DNA from: Bdellovibrionales bacterium
Lineage (GTDB): Bacteria; Bdellovibrionota; Bdellovibrionia; Bdellovibrionales; UBA1609
Assembly (NCBI GenBank): GCA_038144835.1
Contig: JAYQON010000007.1
Span: 1 to 60,232 of the forward strand
Length of the DNA: 60,232 nucleotides
Direction of reading: 5' to 3'
The notes below the pieces were generated by a model that saw only the letters and a list, made by a program, of their open reading frames with translations, was not told the origin of the DNA and ran no database searches. Positions 1 to 10,057 of the stretch are shown here, piece after piece (within the stretch, counting starts at the first letter, position 1; every line of letters starts with the position of its first letter). Made by a program: the position numbers and the translations under genes.

Positions 1-1452
1 GAATCGAACTGTGAAATTCAAATTGAAAGCCCCCACATCAGCCGTCGTCATTTCGAACTCGTTCGCACTCAAGAAGGTTTTTTTATCACTGACCTTGGTA
101 GTTCCAACGGCACCTATATCAATGGCGGCAGAATTACTCCTCATGAACCCACGCGAGTCGAAAGTGGTGATGAAATCCGGGTGATGAATATCGAAATGCG
201 TTTTGAAATTCGCGACACTCAATTTGCCAATCATCTCGACAATCTGCCTGTGCCCATGTTTGATCCCATACTGGCCATGCCGCCTCAACCCTACTGGAAC
301 GATGCCCCAGTACTCATGCCCGGAGCAGATGCCCATGCCAACCAAGACTATCCTGAGCATTGGACGAAGCTCCGACCCAAGCATCTTAAAAAGGTCAACT
401 GGAAGAAAAATAAGGTCCGGATTGCACTGCTTGTTCTAGTGCCTATTCTGCTCATTTTGGTTCTTACCGAACCCAGAAAAAGCGAGGAACCGGTGCGCGA
501 CCCAGCCAACCAGGGAACAAGCTTGAGCTACGACAAACTCAACAAAGAACAGCAGAGCGTGGTCAAAGATACTTTTAAATTGGCCACAAGCCTCTACGTG
601 CAAGGCAAATATGCCCTATGTCTCACTGAACTGACAAAGCTTCATAACTTAATCCCCCAACACGAAAACTCAAAGGAACTGGAATCTTATTGTGAACAAG
701 GCCTGGAACTGGTTCGCCGACAGCAGGATTTGGAACATCGAGAACGCGAACGCCAACAGATCGAACAACAAATCTCTGGTTATGTCGAAACTTGTAAAGG
801 CAAGCTATCTGCCCAAGCCACCGTTGAAGACACGCGCCAATGCCTGGCTGAAGCTATGGTTTTATCACCCGAACACCCTTTAGTTATTGAACTGATTCAC
901 ACCGCTCAAATGCGCGAGGAGGAGGCTAAATTCCTAGCTGAACAAAGGCGCAAGGAGGATAGCCGTGCCGCCGCAGGCGACGCCCATTTTCGCCGGGCCA
1001 TAAATGTTTACAAAGAAGGCCGCTTGGCGGCCTCTCTCACAGAGCTACAAAAATTTCTTAACACCGATTATCCACGCGACGAGACAAATAAAAAAGAGGC
1101 TCGTCGTCAAATTGCCAACATAACAAAAGAACTAAAGGTTAAGGTCGATTTTCACCTTAATCAGTGCCGCTCATTGAGCGAAAAAAATCGGTTCAAAGAA
1201 GCTTGGGAGGCTTGTGATAAAGCTCTACAGGAGGAGCCCAAAAACAAGCAAGCTAAGGATATGCGTGAAAAAATGCACAACAACCTGCGCAAAGAAATGA
1301 AGGCTATCTATGAAGACAGCGTTCTCGAAGAGAGCTTAGGCAATGTAGAAAGCGCCATTGAGAAATGGAAAAAAATCATTTCTGAAAATCTACCTTTTGA
1401 TGAATATAGCAAAAAGGCAAAAAGTAAGATTCAAAAATATGAGGGGCTTTAA
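1..1452 (+). CDS. FHA-domain / single-TM / TPR-repeat protein (5' truncated by window edge)
   Basis: Frame 1 is open from base 1: ESNCEIQIESPHISRRHFEL...DLGSSNGTYING is an FHA signature. Then a hydrophobic segment (IALLVLVPILLILVL) and helical TPR-like repeats. Confidence 0.85.
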   Translation, partial: ESNCEIQIESPHISRRHFELVRTQEGFFITDLGSSNGTYINGGRITPHEPTRVESGDEIRVMNIEMRFEIRDTQFANHLDNLPVPMFDPILAMPPQPYWNDAPVLMPGADAHANQDYPEHWTKLRPKHLKKVNWKKNKVRIALLVLVPILLILVLTEPRKSEEPVRDPANQGTSLSYDKLNKEQQSVVKDTFKLATSLYVQGKYALCLTELTKLHNLIPQHENSKELESYCEQGLELVRRQQDLEHRERERQQIEQQISGYVETCKGKLSAQATVEDTRQCLAEAMVLSPEHPLVIELIHTAQMREEEAKFLAEQRRKEDSRAAAGDAHFRRAINVYKEGRLAASLTELQKFLNTDYPRDETNKKEARRQIANITKELKVKVDFHLNQCRSLSEKNRFKEAWEACDKALQEEPKNKQAKDMREKMHNNLRKEMKAIYEDSVLEESLGNVESAIEKWKKIISENLPFDEYSKKAKSKIQKYEGL

Positions 1453-2135
1453 TGGCGATTGACGAACGTTCTTACAGTGGCAAACTGTTCAGACCCTCTC
1501 CCGAAATACACATTGAAGAAGACGGCTCGTTCGGCGTAATTGCTACACCCTGGGGAAATCGATCGGCAGCAAGAAAAGTCATCGAGACTCTCATTGATTT
1601 CGTTATGTCGGCTCGTCAAGATGACGAAGTGACCTCTCCCTTTCAGAAGCTCACCTGCCTTTCTCCCCTGGCCAATAATTTGCGAGTGGCTGTAATGCTT
1701 GCCAACGACAAAATTTATCGTGAAGACAACAAAGCCGAATATGTGTCCGGTGTTGAGCTATTAGTATTTTCACATTCGCAGGGTGAGTTGGCCTACTCTC
1801 AAGTGGGAAGCCCACATCTTTATTTGGTACGTGCATCAATGCCATGGATTCCTTTAAGCATTCAAATCGATCTCTCTACCGAAATGAGTTTACCACCAAA
1901 TCTGCTACCACCATTGCCGCAAAATATGATTGGCTTGCACCCAACAACAAATATGAATATTGCCAGCTTTCGAACTCAACCTAACGACCGCCTCGTGATG
2001 TTGAGCCATTCGATGGCTTCCGACCCCGTTTTCTCGCATTCTTTTGAACAAGCAAATCTCGACAGCATTAGCCAAACTCTTGCTCGGCACCATCCAGAAA
2101 TTCCTTTTTGGCTGGGAGTCACGAAGCTGTCTTAG
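1452..2135 (+). CDS. PP2C/SpoIIE-fold protein lacking catalytic aspartates (putative pseudophosphatase)
   Basis: PP2C-like motif order (GVIATPWG, SGVELL, QVGSPHLY, DRLVMLSHS) but without the DG/DGL/DN acidic residues. TAATG coupling to the FHA gene. Confidence 0.6.
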   Translation: MAIDERSYSGKLFRPSPEIHIEEDGSFGVIATPWGNRSAARKVIETLIDFVMSARQDDEVTSPFQKLTCLSPLANNLRVAVMLANDKIYREDNKAEYVSGVELLVFSHSQGELAYSQVGSPHLYLVRASMPWIPLSIQIDLSTEMSLPPNLLPPLPQNMIGLHPTTNMNIASFRTQPNDRLVMLSHSMASDPVFSHSFEQANLDSISQTLARHHPEIPFWLGVTKLS

Positions 2136-2220
2136 ACGTCAATTTTAGACTGAAGGCCTCTAGACTCGACTTTTGAGCGGCATTGAAATCAGACTCGAGT
2201 GAGGGGATAATCATTAAGTT

Positions 2221-2997
2221 ATGGAAACTGTATACGGACCAGTCCAGTCATTGCGCTTTGGAAACACCCTCGGAATTAACCTCCTGGGAAAGGAAAAGGT
2301 TTGCTCTTACAACTGCATATATTGCGATTTAGGGCAGACGGCCATGACTATGAACAAAATCCGCAAGGACTACCTGTTTCCAAACCTGGAGCAAGTCAAA
2401 GTCGCCTTCAAGGAGTATATTCGTAAGCCCATTCCCATTGATGCCATTGTCATTTCTGGCAACGGCGAGCCCACACTTTACCCTGAATTTGAAGAGGCAA
2501 TGAAGACCGTCTGTGAATTGCGCGACGAACATCTTCCGCAAAAGAGAATCATCGTTTTGTCAAACGGCGCACATCTAGATAATAAAAAAGTTATATCAGG
2601 TCTAAATCTCGCAGACGAAAGAGTCCTCAAGCTTGACGTGGGAAATGACATCCTACTGCAAAAGGTCAATGACCCCTCAATTCGCATCAATATGACAAAA
2701 TTAATTGCTGGTTTAAAAAAACTCAAAGATTTTACAATCCAGTCTTTGTTCTTCAGCGGTGACGCAAGCAACACGCAAAACGATGCGATCGAAGAATGGA
2801 TAGAGGTTGTTGGAATGCTGAAGCCAAAGGCGATTCAGCTATGCACCCTCTCTCGTGCCTCTCGCGTCAATACGAGCCTTACGGCGGTAGATGAAGATAC
2901 TCTATATTCAATTGCATTTAAGCTCAAAAAACGAACCGCGCTGGAGGCTAATGTTTTTATAGACAGCGTTGACATCGCCACAGCTTCAGAAGCGTAA
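2221..2997 (+). CDS. Radical SAM Fe-S oxidoreductase (COG0731 / TYW1-like family)
   Basis: YGPVQSLRFG, CSYNCIYC (CxxxCxxC), SGNGEPTLYP. Confidence 0.88.
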   Translation: METVYGPVQSLRFGNTLGINLLGKEKVCSYNCIYCDLGQTAMTMNKIRKDYLFPNLEQVKVAFKEYIRKPIPIDAIVISGNGEPTLYPEFEEAMKTVCELRDEHLPQKRIIVLSNGAHLDNKKVISGLNLADERVLKLDVGNDILLQKVNDPSIRINMTKLIAGLKKLKDFTIQSLFFSGDASNTQNDAIEEWIEVVGMLKPKAIQLCTLSRASRVNTSLTAVDEDTLYSIAFKLKKRTALEANVFIDSVDIATASEA

Positions 2998-4782
2998 TTC
3001 CTTACCGGCTAGGATAGAAACTAGTCTCTTGGCAAAAGGCTCAAACTCCTTCAGCGTTAACAAGTAGTCGACAATCGACGGAGACTCAGGCCACGAGCGA
3101 TCCACGTCCCAGCGCAAATCATTAAGAAAGTTGGCTCGCCCAATTTGCTGATCTAGCCACTGCTGAATATAGAGCCGTAAAAAGCGATCCTGTGCCTGAA
3201 TTTTTTCTTCATCGCTTCTAGCCACTCGCCAAGCGTACAACGCCAGCAAGCGTTCATCCTCACATTCTGACTGAAAAGTCTTTTTGTCTCCCTTGGTTGC
3301 AAGCAGCAAGCGAACACAAGCATGACGCGGTAATGGCAAATGCTCACCGAGATGTCTAGCTGCCACGTAAGTTCCAACTGGATCGCCCGCTTCACGAGAC
3401 AAGCGTTTAACTTCACTCCAGTTTCGATCCGTCAACCTTTGACTGAGCACCCACTTTGCCCAAGGCTCGTTGCCCTGAACTTTGGCCGGGGCTTGTCCAT
3501 GTATCCATAACTCACGCGCCACCGAAAGCTGCTCTGGCCAATGAGCCTGCATTCCACGAAACATGGGCGTTTGAGCAGACTCCAGCATTCCCAAAATGCT
3601 GGCATTCAATGAAGTCCACAAAGGATCGTTCACCTTCAAGGGATAGTTTTCTAATCGATCGGTCAGCGTGTTGAAAATCAATGGATTTTGATCATGAATG
3701 TAGAGAAAATGTTTTTGTCGTATCGCCCACCGAACGCCAGTTCCTTCGAGCCAATCGGGCCACCCGGTTTCAGTCAAAACAAGTCGATCTTCATTCCAAT
3801 TGGGTTCAGGCTGATTAATGGCTTCCAACAGACTCTTTGGCTGTAATGCTGGAAGTGAGGACACAGGAGGCTCCAAACCCAGAATCTGAAAAAGTGTATG
3901 CCCCACGTCAACCAAACTTACATTGCGATCAACTCCCCACTGAATAATGTTGTCGCGCTCCTTACGCGCAGGTTTTATAAATAAAGTCACCTGCACACTC
4001 GCTGACTTAAGATTGAGAGAAGAAACCTCACCGCCGTTTGGTGGGCTAACAGAATTCAAACCAGCAAGAATAATACTGGTCGAATTCCAACGTTTACGCA
4101 CACGCAACCATCGAAAGAAATCGCCCATCGACTCATCCAGCTCAGCAATCTGAGCTTCCAAGCTTTTTTCGCGAAATTCACCCTCCTTTGTGCGTGTTTC
4201 TATTTGAGGAAACTGCATGTCTCCCAAATACAACACGCCTAGGAACGGACTGGCGTGGACCTCCTGCTGAATCCAATTCTCAGCAATACGAAATACTTCC
4301 CCAGCAGGACGGTAGTAAACGCCTGGATTAATATCTACGTTGTCTTCAAAGATCTCAAAGCCCTGCGCAAGTCCTGACTTGCGCCAGATCGGCGGGCCCC
4401 CGGATATGAAAAAAGTGCGGTAATGATTGGCTAAAGCTCCTTCTGCCAAAGTGCGCATACGGGCACTCAGAAAATCACTACCATTGTGGCGTACCCCGTG
4501 ATCAAAGGGGTAAAGACCAGTCAACAAGGAAGCTAGAGTGGCCTGACTCATGGTTGACGGCGCGTAAGCGTGCGAAAAGCGCACAGACTCTTGACAGAGA
4601 GTCTGAAAAGCCCCCGCGTCAGGACCTGCAGGATTTTCTTCATTTTCGCAACTTACTTTTTCAAAGGCTAAACCCTCAACGGCCACGACAAGGACTGAAG
4701 GCCGGTTCTCCCGTGGCAAATCACAACTCACCAAAAACAACACTAATAGGGCGCCTATACTGTAAAAGACAGCTCGCTTCAT
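2986..4782 (-). CDS. Sulfatase-like / alkaline phosphatase superfamily lipoprotein with degenerate active site
   Basis: Lipobox LVSC; F-x-x-AYAPSTMSQATLASLLTGLYPFDHGV, GLAQGF, VSLVDVGHT are sulfatase-fold motifs; helical C-terminal extension. Confidence 0.75.
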   Translation of the reverse strand: MKRAVFYSIGALLVLFLVSCDLPRENRPSVLVVAVEGLAFEKVSCENEENPAGPDAGAFQTLCQESVRFSHAYAPSTMSQATLASLLTGLYPFDHGVRHNGSDFLSARMRTLAEGALANHYRTFFISGGPPIWRKSGLAQGFEIFEDNVDINPGVYYRPAGEVFRIAENWIQQEVHASPFLGVLYLGDMQFPQIETRTKEGEFREKSLEAQIAELDESMGDFFRWLRVRKRWNSTSIILAGLNSVSPPNGGEVSSLNLKSASVQVTLFIKPARKERDNIIQWGVDRNVSLVDVGHTLFQILGLEPPVSSLPALQPKSLLEAINQPEPNWNEDRLVLTETGWPDWLEGTGVRWAIRQKHFLYIHDQNPLIFNTLTDRLENYPLKVNDPLWTSLNASILGMLESAQTPMFRGMQAHWPEQLSVARELWIHGQAPAKVQGNEPWAKWVLSQRLTDRNWSEVKRLSREAGDPVGTYVAARHLGEHLPLPRHACVRLLLATKGDKKTFQSECEDERLLALYAWRVARSDEEKIQAQDRFLRLYIQQWLDQQIGRANFLNDLRWDVDRSWPESPSIVDYLLTLKEFEPFAKRLVSILAGKELRF

Positions 4783-4848
4783 TCTGTCATCCTACCTTGA
4801 CCGCGTCAGGACCCTCCAGAGATAATTTGCTATTGGAGGCCTTCGTCA

Positions 4849-5478
4849 ATGACTCAAAACTTCTTTGCTATTGCGCAAGTCGCGCATGAAGTCACCTTGT
4901 GGTTGCTGATCGCACTGAGCGTGCTTTCGCTGGCATTTATTTTAGAACGTTTTTTTACTCTCGGACGCGTTCGCAGAGAGAGTGCCAAAATCAATGAACG
5001 GCTACGAGAAGTGATGCAGTCTAATAATCTCGCAGAGCTTGAAGAAATCGGCCGTGAACGCGGCTCTGTTGAAAGTCGCGCAATCGCCTATGGATTACGC
5101 CATGTGCGAGAAAAAGGTCTGAATGGTATGGAAGAAATTTTTAGCTCATTCGCATCCATGGAACGCCCAAATCTCGAACGTTACTTGGGATTTCTTGCGA
5201 CGGTAGGCTCCAACGCACCGTTTATCGGGCTTTTGGGCACAGTCTTTGGAATTATGGACGCGTTTCGTGGTCTCGCTCAATCGCAAGGAGACGCGACAGC
5301 CGTGATGATCGGAATTTCGCAAGCCCTGGTAGCCACAGCTGTCGGTCTAATGGTGGCTATTCCTGCTGTCATCTCCTACAACTATTTCCAGAAGCAAGTA
5401 AAAGGCACCATGCTCAATCTTGAGAGCGTCAAAGATTTATGTCTGGCATATGCAAAAAGTGGAATAAGGAAAGGCTAA
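4849..5478 (+). CDS. exbB: MotA/TolQ/ExbB proton channel protein
   Basis: LATVGSNAPFIGLLGTVFGIM and GISQALVATAVGLMVAIPA. Confidence 0.9.
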   Translation: MTQNFFAIAQVAHEVTLWLLIALSVLSLAFILERFFTLGRVRRESAKINERLREVMQSNNLAELEEIGRERGSVESRAIAYGLRHVREKGLNGMEEIFSSFASMERPNLERYLGFLATVGSNAPFIGLLGTVFGIMDAFRGLAQSQGDATAVMIGISQALVATAVGLMVAIPAVISYNYFQKQVKGTMLNLESVKDLCLAYAKSGIRKG

Positions 5479-5482
5479 CGGA

Positions 5483-5890
5483 GTGGCTGGTAAAATTTCA
5501 GGCGACAACGAAGAACCTATTGCCGACATCAATATCGTACCCTTCGTTGACATTATTCTTGTCGTTCTCATTATTTTTATGGTGACCACTCCTCTCATTA
5601 TGAAACCGTCGATCAACGTCAACTTACCCAAAGCAGGAAGCGGCGATGAGACGACACCTTCTGAACTTTCGATCACTATTGCCGCTGATGGATCATTGTT
5701 GCTCAACGGCCAGTCCAGTAGCGAGGCGGCGATCGGCACCTATGCAAACCAACTCGCCGGCAAACGACCAGACGTTCAGGCGATTATCTCTGCTGATAAA
5801 GAAGTCCCACATGGACGTGTGGTTTCGATTATCGATGCGGTCAAAGGTGGTGGTGTTAAAAAATTCGCAATCACCATCGATAAGAAGTGA
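5483..5890 (+). CDS. exbD: ExbD/TolR biopolymer transport protein
   Basis: INIVPFVDIILVVLIIFMV, ADKEVPHGRVV; GTG start 4 nt after exbB. Confidence 0.9.
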   Translation: MAGKISGDNEEPIADINIVPFVDIILVVLIIFMVTTPLIMKPSINVNLPKAGSGDETTPSELSITIAADGSLLLNGQSSSEAAIGTYANQLAGKRPDVQAIISADKEVPHGRVVSIIDAVKGGGVKKFAITIDKK

Positions 5891-5940
5891 ACTACTAAGT
5901 TCTCATCTTGATTTAAGCCTCGGCTTTGGGCGAGTGGACT

Positions 5941-5967
5941 TCAGCGTGTCTCATAAATAGCCGATAA
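5941..5967 (+). promoter_or_regulatory. Putative sigma28 (FliA) promoter
   Basis: TCAG-N15-GCCGATAA; the -10 is a perfect match and ends 7 nt before ATG 5975. Confidence 0.55.
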
Positions 5968-5974
5968 TTACTCA

Positions 5975-6661
5975 ATGAAAATAGTAGCACTTATTTTTGC
6001 TAGTCAGTTATTTTTAGGACAAATTGCTTTTGCCCAAGTGCGTGGAGTGCCCAGCTTACCGTCGCGAGGAACGGTAGGTCTACAAGGCAGCGTTGGTGCC
6101 GGTTTCGCAGATTTTTCAATCAAAGACCCACAAGATGATTTACGAGTGGATCGCGGCATTTTTGCGGCAGCTGCCATCGAACGCGGATTTAATGTTTTGA
6201 ATCTTTATTTAACTCTGACCTTGAGCAATTTGAATGCAGAAGGACTTGCTAATTACTCCTACCGAAATTTGAGTAGTGCCACGACCTACACAGCTACAGA
6301 TATAAAATTTACGGCGAATATATTAGATCTTGGCTTAGGCTTAAAAATGAAATTGATCGATAAATACTGGTTTCGCCCTTACATCGAAGGGGGTGGTCTA
6401 GGGGGCTATCACACTATCAATTACTCCTCAAAAATGGATACCTTGGCCGCGCAAGGTAGCGACTACAAAAGTAAAGACGTGGTCATGGGTTCTGGAGTAT
6501 ATGGTGAAGCCGGTCTCGAGGCCATGTTTGCACAAAGTTTTGGTGTTAAACTCGCGGCTCGCCAGTCAACCTACCAAACAAAAAAGTTAGAAACCTTACA
6601 AGATCGCACGTTACGTTTTGTAGTTGAAACGTATTATTTTTCACTGCTCTTTGGCATGTGA
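5975..6661 (+). CDS. Outer-membrane beta-barrel protein (small, OmpA/OmpW-like)
   Basis: Signal peptide (AFA-Q), amphipathic strands, FRPYIEGGGLGG, aromatic C-terminal strand YYFSLLFGM. Confidence 0.7.
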   Translation: MKIVALIFASQLFLGQIAFAQVRGVPSLPSRGTVGLQGSVGAGFADFSIKDPQDDLRVDRGIFAAAAIERGFNVLNLYLTLTLSNLNAEGLANYSYRNLSSATTYTATDIKFTANILDLGLGLKMKLIDKYWFRPYIEGGGLGGYHTINYSSKMDTLAAQGSDYKSKDVVMGSGVYGEAGLEAMFAQSFGVKLAARQSTYQTKKLETLQDRTLRFVVETYYFSLLFGM

Positions 6662-7288
6662 AAATGCTGATAGAAAACTACGAGCAAAAACAGCCTTGGC
6701 CTCTGCCATCTCGATCCGACCAATTTCAGACTCAACATTTGTCATGACGTCGGTCGAAAAACCACATGGTTTTATTCCGCGGAAGGCCTCGGGATCTCTT
6801 AAAATATTAATAGCAACTCCATGATATGTGACCCACCTGCGCACGGCGATTCCGATCGAGGCAATTTTACGGCTGCCAACCCAAACGCCAGTTAATGATA
6901 GTTCTCCCAAGGGAGTTGTACGTGCCTGAGCACCAATGAGCCCCAATTCTCTCAGCGCGGTCACTGTGGCAGATTCCAAAACTCGCAAATACCCATGCAC
7001 GTCTCTTTGTCGTAAATGCGAATGCGGACGACGCAAGTCAATCAAAGGGTAAATTACGATTTGGCTGGGTCCATGATAAGTGACTCGACCTCCGCGGCTA
7101 GAATCAAATGTAGCGCCGGTCCAGCCATTTAAGTCCTCTGGAGTGGTTGCTCTCCCTTTAGTCACTACCGACGGATGCGTGCACAACACAATTCGTTCAT
7201 CTGAACCGCTCGCAATCTCGTCCACAAGCTCCACTTGGCGTGCGGAAGAGAGCCCATAATCAATGAGCCCCCAATCCTCAATTCTCAT
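6641..7288 (-). CDS. lipB: Lipoyl(octanoyl) transferase
   Basis: HPSVVTKG, RGGRVTYHGPSQ, KIASIGI, HGVAIN, IKPCG. Confidence 0.95.
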   Translation of the reverse strand: MRIEDWGLIDYGLSSARQVELVDEIASGSDERIVLCTHPSVVTKGRATTPEDLNGWTGATFDSSRGGRVTYHGPSQIVIYPLIDLRRPHSHLRQRDVHGYLRVLESATVTALRELGLIGAQARTTPLGELSLTGVWVGSRKIASIGIAVRRWVTYHGVAINILRDPEAFRGIKPCGFSTDVMTNVESEIGRIEMAEAKAVFARSFLSAFSHAKEQ

Positions 7289-8739
7289 GCGTGCGGCCTA
7301 TGCCCGTTGCTCGTCCGTTGCGTGAGCGGTCGCTGGATGATGTGAATGGCGTGTCCCATAGCGGCTTCGGCAGCTTCCATCATGGTTTCCCCTAAAGTGG
7401 GATGCGGATGAATTGTTAAGGCCAAATCCTCAAGACGCGCCCCCATCTCAATAGCGAGAGCCGCCTCCGAAATCAAATTGCTGGCCTCCGGGCCAACAAT
7501 GTGTACACCTAAAACCAAGTTTGTCTTTGCGTCTGCAATGACCTTAACAAAACCATCTGCTTCCATCATAGATACGGCACGGCCGTTCGCACCAAATGGA
7601 AATTTGCCAACCTTAAGGTCGTTGTAACCTTTTGCTTTGCACTCACTTTCAAGCATGCCCGCCGAAGCAATTTCAGGATCTACAAAAATCACAGCTGGAA
7701 CTGTTTTGGCGTCATAGGCTCGGTTTTGACCAGCAATCACCTCAGCAACCATAACTCCTTCATGACTCGCTTTATGGGCCAGCATGGGCTGGCAAGCAAT
7801 GTCACCAATGGCATAAATCCCAGAGATATTCGTTTTGCGTTGAGGAGTGGTTTTAATAAAACCCTTTTCATCAATGGCCACCCCAATATTCTTTAGACCC
7901 AACTGGTCAGAATTGGGTTTACGGCCAACAGTCAGCAGGATCTTTTGCGCCCGCAAAACTTTCTGTTCTCCACCCACATCAACAGTGACTTCAACCCCAG
8001 CCTTCGTTTTTTTCCAACTTTTGGCTTTGGCATTAGTGAGAACTTCCACACCATTGCGCTTAAGCCGACGAGCAACAACTTGCACGCAATCCGGATCAGC
8101 AACACCGTTAAGCAAAGTAGGCCCAGCTTCCACCACGGTGACTTGAGTGCCGAACTTAGCCATGTAGGAGCCTATTTCCAAACCGATATAACCGCCTCCG
8201 ATCACCACCAAACTGGATAGCCCTTCCTCGAGCGCTAAGGCTCCCGTGGAGGTGAGCACATCTTTTTCGTCGGCCGCAAAACCCGGAATCTCAATGGGTC
8301 TAGAACCCGTCGCAACAACGTAGTTGGCAGCTTCAATATTTGTGGTCCCCGCCTGACCTTTCACAATCAAAGATTTAGAGGAGCTGAAAGTGGCGTCACC
8401 CATAAAAACGACCACCCCGTTACCTTTCAGCAGCTGAGCAACACCGCCAGACATCTTAGCGGTCACCGACTGCTTCCAAGACTGTAATTGTTTGAAATCA
8501 ATCTTAACATTGGAGGAAATCTTAAATCCCATCTCAGGCGCATCGTGCTGTATACGGTGGTAAAAATGAGCGGCGGTGATCATAGCCTTTGAGGGTATGC
8601 AACCAACATTCAGACAAACGCCCCCCATATGCTCCCGCTCAACAATACAGGTCTTCTTGCCCAACTGAGCCGCCCGAATTGCGGTTACATACCCACCGGG
8701 TCCTGCGCCAATCACACAAACGTCAAATTTCTCAGCCAC
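7285..8739 (-). CDS. lpdA: Dihydrolipoyl dehydrogenase (E3)
   Basis: GAGPGG, GGVCLNVGCIPSK, GGGYIGLE, HPHPTLGE. Confidence 0.97.
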   Translation of the reverse strand: MAEKFDVCVIGAGPGGYVTAIRAAQLGKKTCIVEREHMGGVCLNVGCIPSKAMITAAHFYHRIQHDAPEMGFKISSNVKIDFKQLQSWKQSVTAKMSGGVAQLLKGNGVVVFMGDATFSSSKSLIVKGQAGTTNIEAANYVVATGSRPIEIPGFAADEKDVLTSTGALALEEGLSSLVVIGGGYIGLEIGSYMAKFGTQVTVVEAGPTLLNGVADPDCVQVVARRLKRNGVEVLTNAKAKSWKKTKAGVEVTVDVGGEQKVLRAQKILLTVGRKPNSDQLGLKNIGVAIDEKGFIKTTPQRKTNISGIYAIGDIACQPMLAHKASHEGVMVAEVIAGQNRAYDAKTVPAVIFVDPEIASAGMLESECKAKGYNDLKVGKFPFGANGRAVSMMEADGFVKVIADAKTNLVLGVHIVGPEASNLISEAALAIEMGARLEDLALTIHPHPTLGETMMEAAEAAMGHAIHIIQRPLTQRTSNGHRPHA

Positions 8740-8748
8740 GATTCACCT

Positions 8749-10056
8749 CTAAATCATGTCCAGCATGAGCTGGCTTGGGTTCTCAATACGCGACACAAAC
8801 GACTTCATAAAATTGGCCGCCACAGCACCGTCAATCAAACGGTGATCACAAGTGATTGTGAAGTTCATGACCTGACTGCGCACAAATTCAGTACCATTCC
8901 AAAGCGGTTTGTCCTGAAGCTTATAAACACCCAGAATCGCCACCTCAGGATGATTAATAATCGGCGTTGCGTATACGCCGCCGACACTTCCAATGTTGGT
9001 GATGGTGATAGTGGCGCCACGCATTTCTTCAAGCGCCAGCTTGCCCTCTCGCGCTTTCACTGCAAGTTGGTTGATCTCCTGAGAGATCTGTAAAACTGTC
9101 TTGAAATCCGCATTTTTGACAACGGGAACAACCAGGCCATTCGGCGTATCAGCCGCAAAGCCAACATTGAAGTAGCGCTTGTGCACAATTTCGCCAGCCT
9201 GATCATCAATACTCGCGTTGAACATCGGAAATTCACGGCAAGTTGCAATCAGTGCTTTCATGATAAAAGGCAAATAGGTCACTTTAACGCCATACTTTTC
9301 AGCCGCGTCTTTAGCCTGTGCACGCAAACGAACGAGGTCATCGACACGTGCTTCTTCCATCAATGTGAAATGCGGAATAATTTGTTTTGCCATTTGAAGA
9401 TTTTCGGCAATTTTCTTACGCACACCTCTCAGCGGAATCCGTTCCTCCATTGCACCCGACGGCGACACCACTGCCGGACGTGGAATCTCTTTCGTTAGTG
9501 CGCGCAAGGACTGGTCTACAGGAGCAGAGATCTTAAGGCTCTTGGCTTTAACGACATCTTCACGGGTCACTCGCCCAGAGAGCCCCGATCCTTGCAATTG
9601 ATTGATATCAACGCCCGTTTCACGTGCTAACCGACGAGTGGCAGGAGTTGCCAGAACTTGGCTCTCTGCCGCCGGTGGATAAAAGTCCATGCCTGCTCCG
9701 CCCGTCGCGCTCGTCTCCACCGCAGAAGATGCAATCGCAGCCACTGGCTTCGCCGCTGACATCGAAACATCTGCTGGTTTGGGTGATGTGGGAGCAGCCT
9801 TGGCTGCGGTTGCTCCCTCCGTTTCAAGCACTGCGATAACAGTTTCAATTGGAATTACATCACCTTCTTTGAATTTGAATTCTTTCACGGTACCAGCAAA
9901 AGGGGTCGGGACCTCCACCGTGGCCTTATCGGTCATAAGCTCGGCGATGGGTTGATCAGCCTTAACTTTGTCGCCAATATTAACGAGCCACTTGACCAGC
10001 TCGCCTTCGGTCACGCCTTCACCAACATCGGGAAGTTTTACATTCTGAGTTGCCAT
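8749..10056 (-). CDS. pdhC: Dihydrolipoamide acyltransferase E2 (single lipoyl domain)
   Basis: Lipoyl motif MTDKATVE, E3-binding ATPATRRLARE, catalytic DHRLIDG; start placed at MATQNV. Confidence 0.92.
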   Translation of the reverse strand: MATQNVKLPDVGEGVTEGELVKWLVNIGDKVKADQPIAELMTDKATVEVPTPFAGTVKEFKFKEGDVIPIETVIAVLETEGATAAKAAPTSPKPADVSMSAAKPVAAIASSAVETSATGGAGMDFYPPAAESQVLATPATRRLARETGVDINQLQGSGLSGRVTREDVVKAKSLKISAPVDQSLRALTKEIPRPAVVSPSGAMEERIPLRGVRKKIAENLQMAKQIIPHFTLMEEARVDDLVRLRAQAKDAAEKYGVKVTYLPFIMKALIATCREFPMFNASIDDQAGEIVHKRYFNVGFAADTPNGLVVPVVKNADFKTVLQISQEINQLAVKAREGKLALEEMRGATITITNIGSVGGVYATPIINHPEVAILGVYKLQDKPLWNGTEFVRSQVMNFTITCDHRLIDGAVAANFMKSFVSRIENPSQLMLDMI

Positions 10057-10057
10057 T

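Noticed and set aside
2130-2200. Repeated TAGAC/AGACTCGA words suggesting a CRISPR or tandem array
   Set aside because: Too short and irregular, no spacers, no cas genes; treated as operator half-sites.
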